DNA from: Pedobacter sp.
Lineage (GTDB): Bacteria > Bacteroidota > Bacteroidia > Sphingobacteriales > Sphingobacteriaceae
Direction of reading: 5' to 3'
Length of the DNA stretch: 64,000 nucleotides
Assembly (NCBI RefSeq): GCF_039594775.1
Contig: NZ_JBCNMT010000002.1
Span: 325,574-389,573 of the forward strand
The notes beneath the pieces were generated by a model. It was given only the letters and a program-made list of their open reading frames with translations. It had not been told where the DNA came from and made no database searches. Shown here one piece after another: positions 19,284 through 26,805 of the stretch; positions within the stretch are counted from its first letter, which is position 1, and the number at the start of each line of letters is the position of its first letter. The position numbers were made by a program, and so were the translations under genes.

Positions 19284-20957
19284 TTATAGGTTCGGGCTCG
19301 AAAATCCGAGTGTTTTCATTCCTGTTTTAATTTCTGGAGCACTCATGAAGAGGTTCCATAATAATTTGCTTCGATGGTTTTCAATCATTATGATGATTGG
19401 ACCTTGATCAATGGCTAAAAATGAGTTGGCAAACCAAGGGTCATTGAGGTTAAAAGCGTCAATAAATCCATATTCCTTCCAAAGCTTATCTCCCAATTTA
19501 TAATAAAAGAATTTAAGGGCAGCCATAGATTGTGTTGGGGTATAAGGAAATGAAGCTAAAGCAGCAGTAGGGGCAATAACACCACGGTCGTTGGTGGGTG
19601 AACTGGCGGTGTATCCGCCAGGAATGTCACTAGCTGTTAGGCCCCAACAATTTGCACTATAGCCATTATTGTTGGCTGGATTGGCTACACAATAATTATA
19701 GTTAATCATGGCATGTGCCTTGTTCTGTATTTCGTAATTGGCATAGGCATCGCTTAATCCGTTAGGGTTAATGCCAAGGAACGAATATTGAGAAAGGAAC
19801 AAAGGTCCTCCATTTGCATTGCCTAGCGGAAGTTGTACGCCATAATACGTGCTGCCATTTTTCATGGCTCCGTTTCTGGCCCAGCCTTCGTCGTAAACAA
19901 TTTTTGGAATGCTGTGGGTGGGAGAAGATGCAGCAAGTACATAGGTAATAAGCGATTCGTTCCAACCTTGTATTTTAAGGTTCATGTCCCAATTGTAGGT
20001 AGGGCTCCAGTGCCAAAACAGTGAGTTGGTTCCATTACGGTACCAATCCCATTCTACTTGGTTGTATAGGGTGGTAATGTCGTTTCTTAAATTGATTTCA
20101 GCAGTAGTAGAGCCATCGAAATATTGACGGGCGGTTAAAAGTCCAGCCATTAGCAAGGATGTTTCTACCAGATCGCCACCATTATCTTTGGTGCTAAAAG
20201 CAATGGCTTTTCCTGTGTTGCCATCTATCCAATGTGAATAAACACCGTGAAAACGCTCAGCCGTTTTTAGGAAATTCACGATTTGTTGGGTTCTGGCCAG
20301 CCCATCGGCTCTGCTGATAAAATTACGGTGAATACCGGCGATGAGGGCCATCACGCCGAAACCAGATCCTCCTGAAGTGACAGTGTTTCCGGAGGTATTT
20401 CTTTCCCTAGCCATGCCGCTAACGGGATGGGCAAAATCCCAGAAGTATTTAAAGGTTTGTTTTTGAACAAGGGTAAGCAGCTCATCGTCACTTATCCTTG
20501 GAAATTTATCAGTATCATCTAAGCCTGAGATGAGGGTAATATTCACGGGATTGATCAATCGGCCTCCGCCAGCTGATTTGAGTTGGTCGTTCACAGAAAG
20601 TTCATAATTGCTAAACGAGGAAAAGTTGTCTTGAGGAATTATATTTACAATTTTATTGCCGTTTTCATAGGTAACGGTTATGGGTAAATTTGTTCCAAAA
20701 GGACTTTTTAATAAAATACCGTTGCTTATTGTAGCAGTATTAATAGCTTCTGTAAAGGTAAATTTAATGACTGGTTTAAGTGGAAGATTGGTGTATTTTA
20801 AACTGCCATTACTTATTCCATTAACCGTAAAGTGTAAGGATGTATCTGTATTGGAAGGTTTATTAGTGTTGCTTTTTTTACAGGAAAGAAGTATCGTTAT
20901 GCTCAGACATAGACAGATAAAAGGAAGGATAAGGGATAACGTTCTAAATTGAATCAC
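19284..20957 (-). CDS. Ig-like (SbsA_Ig-type) domain + glucoamylase-family (GH144-type) lipoprotein
   Basis: 557 aa, GTG start. Lipoprotein signal ...ILLSCKK. About 150 aa of N-terminal beta-rich Ig-like region, then the same catalytic-domain blocks as 17947-19272. Confidence 0.7.
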   Translation of the reverse strand: MIQFRTLSLILPFICLCLSITILLSCKKSNTNKPSNTDTSLHFTVNGISNGSLKYTNLPLKPVIKFTFTEAINTATISNGILLKSPFGTNLPITVTYENGNKIVNIIPQDNFSSFSNYELSVNDQLKSAGGGRLINPVNITLISGLDDTDKFPRISDDELLTLVQKQTFKYFWDFAHPVSGMARERNTSGNTVTSGGSGFGVMALIAGIHRNFISRADGLARTQQIVNFLKTAERFHGVYSHWIDGNTGKAIAFSTKDNGGDLVETSLLMAGLLTARQYFDGSTTAEINLRNDITTLYNQVEWDWYRNGTNSLFWHWSPTYNWDMNLKIQGWNESLITYVLAASSPTHSIPKIVYDEGWARNGAMKNGSTYYGVQLPLGNANGGPLFLSQYSFLGINPNGLSDAYANYEIQNKAHAMINYNYCVANPANNNGYSANCWGLTASDIPGGYTASSPTNDRGVIAPTAALASFPYTPTQSMAALKFFYYKLGDKLWKEYGFIDAFNLNDPWFANSFLAIDQGPIIIMIENHRSKLLWNLFMSAPEIKTGMKTLGFSSPNL

Positions 20958-20983
20958 AACAAAAAATATAAAGGGTTTTCAAT

Positions 20984-21017
20984 AAAAAAGGCACAGCAAA
21001 ATACTGTGCCTTTTTTT
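20984..21017 (-). terminator. Intrinsic terminator inside the PUL, after the LamG gene
   Basis: AAAAAAGGCACAG-CAAAATA-CTGTGCCTTTTTTT. GC-rich 8-bp core stem flanked by an A-run and a T-run, 6 nt downstream of the LamG stop. Confidence 0.75.
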
Positions 21018-21023
21018 AAATCA

Positions 21024-21893
21024 TTATTTGCCTGCTTTACCCAAGTTGTAAAGGGCTTTAATATGAGCATCTGGTAATACTCGATTAAAAATCCTAAATT
21101 CATCAACAGTACCTGTCATAGCAGCATAACTCACATCAGTGTTAACAGGTTTGCCAATGGCATTGTAGTTTCCGCCGATAATAAACTCAGTAGGTTCATA
21201 CGCTTTGAACAAGTTGTTTCCTGTGCCCCTGTTGTTATAAGAACCAACATCTACACCATTAGCCCACATTTTGAAGATACCTGTAGTACCATCATAAGTT
21301 AATACGATGTGAGTCCATACATTGGCACCAAATGTTGGCGATAATGAAGCGTTAAGGTTATCTTGTGAGCCAACTACCGCAGAAAATCTTGGTCCAATTC
21401 CTAAGAATGTGGTAGAAGTACTTTGTGTATTTAGCCTGAAGTCAAAGTTCCCATCGAAAATTCCTGGACGGGCCAATTGCAGTAACATGGTTCTTTTTGA
21501 ACCATTGTTTGCAATTTGAACCCAAGTGCTAATGGTAAAACTTTTCAGCTTATCGGTTTTAAATGCATCGAATTGTTTTGCATAATAAAGATAACCAGCC
21601 GTTAATTTAATGGCTTTTCCTCTCAACCCAGCAACGAAAGTGTCACCAGCAGTTTGAGTAGGAGCAGAGCTAGATTTTAACTCATTCTTAGTGTCATCAA
21701 AAGACCAATAGGCCACCAGATTTTGCGGGAAAATTTGGTCAGAGCTCTCATAGCCATCTATTTTACCTGCGTAGTCATTAGGATTTACATCTGGCAGGTC
21801 GTTGGGGTTGTCACTTTTCTTACACGCAGTAATCGATACTGCAATTACTGCCAAAGTGAGAAACCTTTTGATATGATTATTGAATAATTTCAT
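21024..21893 (-). CDS. LamG/concanavalin A-like lectin domain lipoprotein (SusE/F-position surface glycan-binding candidate)
   Basis: 289 aa. Lipoprotein signal ...SITACKK. The C-terminus VDEFRIFNRVL is typical of Laminin_G_3 domains. Lies immediately downstream of susD. Confidence 0.7.
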   Translation of the reverse strand: MKLFNNHIKRFLTLAVIAVSITACKKSDNPNDLPDVNPNDYAGKIDGYESSDQIFPQNLVAYWSFDDTKNELKSSSAPTQTAGDTFVAGLRGKAIKLTAGYLYYAKQFDAFKTDKLKSFTISTWVQIANNGSKRTMLLQLARPGIFDGNFDFRLNTQSTSTTFLGIGPRFSAVVGSQDNLNASLSPTFGANVWTHIVLTYDGTTGIFKMWANGVDVGSYNNRGTGNNLFKAYEPTEFIIGGNYNAIGKPVNTDVSYAAMTGTVDEFRIFNRVLPDAHIKALYNLGKAGK

Positions 21894-21911
21894 GGATTGA
21901 TCTATTTAAAA

Positions 21912-23459
21912 TTAATTATAGAACGGATTTTGTGTAAGCTTATAAGGCTCTTTACTCAAATCTATTTGGGTTTGAGGAATTGGCAAAATGTTGTCGCGAG
22001 CTGCATTGAAATTAGGTCTGCCAGCTGCTGGCAATACCGTTCCTGAGATTCCCCATCTCACTAAGTCAAAGAAACGGTCATGCTCCATGGCCAATTCAAT
22101 TCTTCTTTCATGACGAATTGCTTCTCTAAGTTGATTTTGATCTACAAATGTAATGTCAGGAAGTGTACCAGTTGGCGCACCTTGTCTCGCTCTTGCTCTG
22201 ATACTATTTAAAGCATTTGTTGCCGCTGTAAAGTTAGCAGTTCCGCCTACTTCGTTCGCCGCTTCAGCATACATTAAAACTACATCTGCGTAACGTAGGA
22301 TGCGAATGTTCATCCATCTGCCTGCTCTGTTGTTATACAATGCTCTAAATGCAGGATTAGTGTAAACTTTATGGTTATAGATTGGATTGACCCAGGTAGT
22401 AGGTGTAACTTCATCGTAAACGGTTCTATATGTAGTGGTAGCAGTACTTCTATAGAGGAAAGTTCTCGCTTTACGAGGATCATTTGGTTCATAAGCCGCT
22501 TCAAGATTAGCATTTGGAACATTAAAACCATAGCCTAAGTTCCATACGCCACCATCTCTAACCCCTTGCCATTGGGTAAATTCTGCTCCGTTAGCAGTAG
22601 GAACTGTTGCAGATGCTGTTGCTTGTACTTCAAAAACAGACTCTTTACTGTTTTCTCCACTTTCTCCGAAAATTTTAGTGTAAGGAGTAGATAAGTCATA
22701 CTGACCAGAGGTCATTACCAAGTTAGCAGCGGCCATTGCAGCGCCCCATTTCTGCTGAGTTAGATATACTTTAGCTAACAAACCATTTGCCGCACCTCTA
22801 GTTAAACGACCTGCAAATTTTGCATCCCAATTAGGAGGAAGGTTAACCGCTGCGTATTGTAGATCGGCTTCGATGAATGGATAAATTTGAGCAGGCGTTA
22901 CTTGTGCCGCACCAGGTTGACTAGGAGTAAGTACCTTATCTACCAAGGGAATTCGTCCAAAAAATCTAACCATATTGAAATATGCATAGGCTCGAAGAAA
23001 TCTGGCTTCTCCGCGGGCAACATTTTTCTGTGCATCGGTAGCAACTACTGTGGTATTGGTTTCGATTTCATTTAGAGCGGTGTTACATTTCGCTATCATC
23101 GAATAATAGCCTGTCCACATCCCATTAAGAATACCATTGTTCGAAGCTGCAGGGAAAAAATCCATCGAATTAGCATTATCCCCTCCATCGGTTGCAGTAC
23201 TTCCTTTGTCTGCGTCATCACTTCTTACACTTGTAGCTAAGAAGAAGCCCGTACAGTGTACATCGTATGATCTTAAATCATTATATGCTCCAAATAAATA
23301 CTGATCATAAGGGCCTGACCCTCCAGGGAAAGGATAATTGTCTACCGTATATTCACCCTGTTTATTCGTATCTAGGAATTTTTTACAACCTGAATTATAA
23401 AATGCACAACTGATTAAAAATAGAAGTGCTACAGTTTGTTTTATATTGTGAGTTTTCAT
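21912..23459 (-). CDS. susD: RagB/SusD family nutrient uptake outer membrane lipoprotein
   Basis: 515 aa. Lipoprotein signal ...YNSGCKK. TPR-like helical blocks (EARFLRAYAYFNMVRFFG, VVLMYAEAANE, ERRIELAMEHDRFFDLVRW). Begins 23 nt downstream of susC. Confidence 0.9.
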   Translation of the reverse strand: MKTHNIKQTVALLFLISCAFYNSGCKKFLDTNKQGEYTVDNYPFPGGSGPYDQYLFGAYNDLRSYDVHCTGFFLATSVRSDDADKGSTATDGGDNANSMDFFPAASNNGILNGMWTGYYSMIAKCNTALNEIETNTTVVATDAQKNVARGEARFLRAYAYFNMVRFFGRIPLVDKVLTPSQPGAAQVTPAQIYPFIEADLQYAAVNLPPNWDAKFAGRLTRGAANGLLAKVYLTQQKWGAAMAAANLVMTSGQYDLSTPYTKIFGESGENSKESVFEVQATASATVPTANGAEFTQWQGVRDGGVWNLGYGFNVPNANLEAAYEPNDPRKARTFLYRSTATTTYRTVYDEVTPTTWVNPIYNHKVYTNPAFRALYNNRAGRWMNIRILRYADVVLMYAEAANEVGGTANFTAATNALNSIRARARQGAPTGTLPDITFVDQNQLREAIRHERRIELAMEHDRFFDLVRWGISGTVLPAAGRPNFNAARDNILPIPQTQIDLSKEPYKLTQNPFYN

Positions 23460-23482
23460 TTCTTCTGTTTAAAAGGTTTTTA

Positions 23483-26400
23483 CTAGAATGTTAGGTTTAA
23501 GCCAAAAGAATAGATTGCAGGGATTGGGTAAACGCCATTATCTGCTCCGGCAGCCAACACACTGCTAACTGGAACCTCAGGGGTATATCCGCTTACTTTG
23601 CTCCAAGTTCTAATGTTTTGTCCACTTAGGTAAACTCTTAATTTTTGGATACCAACTTTAGCTAATATTGTTTTAGGAATAGTATAGCCAATTTGAACGT
23701 TACGTAACCTAAAATAATCACCGTCTTCTAAGAAATAAGTGCTAAAAAGTAGGTTATTGCTTCTAGAAACAATTATAGGTTCAACATTGCTAGTACCAAC
23801 TCCAGTCCAAGCATTTAATCGGTTGGCTTCATAGTTCAGTGGAGCAAAGTTGGCAGTACGTCTCTGTAGCCAAATTTTATTGCCAGCAACACCTTGTCCA
23901 TCTATGCTAGCATCAAATCCTTTGTAGCTTACTGAAATGCTCATACCGTAGGTATATGGAGGAAATGGAGTGCCTAAATAAGTTCTATCAGCAGGGGTAA
24001 TTACACCATCACCGTTAATATCGGCATAGGCAATATCGCCAGGCAATGAAGTAGAAAACGCAGGCATTCTGTCTAAATCAGCAGTAGTTTGATAAATACC
24101 AACTTGTCTGTATCCAAAGAAAGAAGCAATAGGTTTACCTGTTTCGGTAACATTTACGCCGCCATTCCCTAGCCTTTGATAGTTTACATTGTTACCGATA
24201 GATTCTACTCTGTTTTTTACATAAGAGAAGTTACCACTAATGCTATAGCTAAAGTCATCTCCAATTTTATCGCTCCATCCTATATTCACTTCAGTTCCTT
24301 TGTTTGAAACGGTACCAAGGTTAGTTAAATAATCAATATTCTGACCTTGTAATATAACAGGAACAAATAAGTTCTTGGTGTCTTTGTCGTAGTAATTTAC
24401 TTCTAAGCTAAGTCTGTTTTTTAAAGCTCTAACATCTAAACCAAAGTCTAGTCCTTGGATTATTTCCCAACGTAAATTAGGGTCTGGGATATAAGCTGGT
24501 TTAATTGATGGGTAAACATAATCACCAAATACGGCACCATCTCCGGTTGATAAACCAGTTTGAAATGCGTTGCTAGCGAAAGTATTACTGTTGCCTAATC
24601 TACCCCATGCGGCACGTAGTTTTAAGAAATCAACGCTTTTAATATTGCTAAAGAAATCTTCTTCACTCACTACCCAACCTAAACCAACACTGCCAAAAGT
24701 GCCCCATCTGTTTTGAGGTGCTACTTTAGAGCTAGCGTCTCTTCTGACGGTGGCATTAAGTAGGTATTTGTCCTTATAAGAATAGCTCAAACGTCCGAAT
24801 ACACCTACTTGAGTTTCAAGTTCACCACCGCCACCGTTCGACAAGATATTGTTTAATGCAATGCTGTTTAGATACCAAAAGTCTGGATCATTAGGGACTA
24901 CTAAGGTCGAATCGGTTCTTGATCCAGATAGTGAAGTATTAGACAGATTCCACGTCGTGAAACCGGCCATTGCGGTAACTTTGTGCACCTCTTTAAAAGT
25001 TTTATTGAATGTTAAAGTGTGATCTTGTTGGAACATTCTTCTTTCAAAAGAGCTTTGGTTTACGGTGGTTCGTGCAGTAGGGTCTTGGAATACTGTAGTT
25101 GGATTGAGGCCCTCGCCAATATACACAACAGGGTAAGGAAGTGGGGTATAGCTTCTAACACTATTGAAGCGCAAATCTGTATACACGGTAGATTTCCAAG
25201 TGAAGTCTTTTAGAAATTTGATTTCTGCGAATAGACTACCTGTAGCTCTATAGCCACGGTTAATAGTTTTGTCTCGCATTCTTTCCATGGCATACACCGG
25301 GTTACCTACTTGAGCTCTTTGAAAAGAAGGCATGGCATTGTATAAGCCATTTTCATTCATTACTGGGACAATAGGTGCAGCCCAAGTGCCAGAGTTTAAG
25401 TTAACCGTCGATGGTGAATTTCTGAAGTGATAACCTGTAATATCACCTCCAATTTTAATGTTTTTATTAATGTTGTTTTCTTGTGATAACCTAGCAATGT
25501 ATTTTTTAAAATTACTATACTTTACCACACCGTCTTGGTCGTTATAGCCTACGTTGATAAGGGTAGAACTTTTTTCAGATGAATTAGATACCGTTAGCGA
25601 ATTGGTATTGATATAGGCGTTTCTTAATATTTCTTTTTGCCAATTTGTATTACCCGTGTAGTTTTTAAAGTCAAATGCTGTAGAGTTTGGAGTACCCGCT
25701 AAGGCAGCTGTGTAGAGATTTGTAAAGCCTTTAGCATCAGCTACCTCAATTAACTTGTCTACATGCTGTACACCAACAGTGCTTTGGAAAGTTACGGTTG
25801 TCTTTCCCTTAGCTGCTCTTTTAGTGGTAATCGCAATTACTCCATTTGCACCTCTTAAACCAAAAATTGCTGTTGATGAAGCATCTTTTAAAAGGTCAAT
25901 TGTTTCGATGTCGGCAGGATTAAGATAATCGATATTCTCCTGTAAGATACCATCAACAACGTAAAGTGGGTCCGCACCGTTAGGGCTGGCAATACCTCTA
26001 ATTCTGATTGTTGGTGAACCTCCAGGTGTACCAGAATTGATTACCGTTAAACCTGGAACTTTACCTTGTAATGCACTAACGGGGTTTGTAACCGTCATTT
26101 TTTCGATTTCTTCACCTTTTACACTTGTAATAGAACCGGTTAGGTCTCTTTTTCTTTGGGTTCCGTAACCAACCACTACCACTTGTTGTAAATCATTAGT
26201 TGCAGGTGATAAGGTTACGTTAATTGTTGTCCTGTTGTTCACAGGGATTTCTTGATTGGCAAAGCCAATGAAGGAAAACACCAATGTTGCGCTTGCTGGT
26301 GCACTAATGGTGTAGCTTCCACTTGCATCTGTTTGTACGCCATTTGTTGTGCCTTTGATCATGATGCTTACCGATGGGATCGGAAGATTTTGGTCATCTT

Positions 26401-26503
26401 TTACCACTCCCTTAACTGTAACGTTTTGGGCAAAGGCAACGTCTGATAATAAAAGCAAACAAAAACAAGCTAAAACAGAGAGTTCTGTAAAGATTTTTTT
26501 CAT
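23483..26503 (-). CDS. susC: SusC/RagA family TonB-linked outer membrane protein
   Basis: 1006 aa. Signal peptide, CarboxypepD_reg domain (VKGVVKDDQNLPIPSVSIMIKGT), plug region (VVVGYGTQRKRDLTGSITSV), terminal ...YSFGLNLTF. Confidence 0.9.
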   Translation of the reverse strand: MKKIFTELSVLACFCLLLLSDVAFAQNVTVKGVVKDDQNLPIPSVSIMIKGTTNGVQTDASGSYTISAPASATLVFSFIGFANQEIPVNNRTTINVTLSPATNDLQQVVVVGYGTQRKRDLTGSITSVKGEEIEKMTVTNPVSALQGKVPGLTVINSGTPGGSPTIRIRGIASPNGADPLYVVDGILQENIDYLNPADIETIDLLKDASSTAIFGLRGANGVIAITTKRAAKGKTTVTFQSTVGVQHVDKLIEVADAKGFTNLYTAALAGTPNSTAFDFKNYTGNTNWQKEILRNAYINTNSLTVSNSSEKSSTLINVGYNDQDGVVKYSNFKKYIARLSQENNINKNIKIGGDITGYHFRNSPSTVNLNSGTWAAPIVPVMNENGLYNAMPSFQRAQVGNPVYAMERMRDKTINRGYRATGSLFAEIKFLKDFTWKSTVYTDLRFNSVRSYTPLPYPVVYIGEGLNPTTVFQDPTARTTVNQSSFERRMFQQDHTLTFNKTFKEVHKVTAMAGFTTWNLSNTSLSGSRTDSTLVVPNDPDFWYLNSIALNNILSNGGGGELETQVGVFGRLSYSYKDKYLLNATVRRDASSKVAPQNRWGTFGSVGLGWVVSEEDFFSNIKSVDFLKLRAAWGRLGNSNTFASNAFQTGLSTGDGAVFGDYVYPSIKPAYIPDPNLRWEIIQGLDFGLDVRALKNRLSLEVNYYDKDTKNLFVPVILQGQNIDYLTNLGTVSNKGTEVNIGWSDKIGDDFSYSISGNFSYVKNRVESIGNNVNYQRLGNGGVNVTETGKPIASFFGYRQVGIYQTTADLDRMPAFSTSLPGDIAYADINGDGVITPADRTYLGTPFPPYTYGMSISVSYKGFDASIDGQGVAGNKIWLQRRTANFAPLNYEANRLNAWTGVGTSNVEPIIVSRSNNLLFSTYFLEDGDYFRLRNVQIGYTIPKTILAKVGIQKLRVYLSGQNIRTWSKVSGYTPEVPVSSVLAAGADNGVYPIPAIYSFGLNLTF

Positions 26504-26675
26504 ACCGTTGGTTTAATATTTGATTATTTGAACACTCAGTCAATGGAGACATTTTGAGGTGCGACTCCAGTTTTGACTACACGAATGTTGAACTTTTGTT
26601 TGGTATGAACAACAAAAAATACTTGCACATTACTACATCAAGTCTGGTGATGGAGTTATCTCAAGCTTAGCTTTT

Positions 26676-26713
26676 ACCGCTGTTTTTATTGATTGAACAG
26701 CGGTTTTTGTTTG
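26676..26713 (+). terminator. Plus-strand-oriented terminator-like hairpin between two minus-strand genes (regulator stop and susC start)
   Basis: ACCGCTGTT-TTTATTGATTG-AACAGCGGT followed by TTTTTGTTTG on the plus strand. On the minus strand the stem is followed by AAAAG, so there is no U-tract. Confidence 0.5.
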
Positions 26714-26805
26714 TTTGATTGGGAAAACAGCACTACTACAAGAAAAGGCCGTTGACGAATTTCTGTGCCACACAGAAACGTTGTATGAGAGGTAATGATG
26801 TAGTA

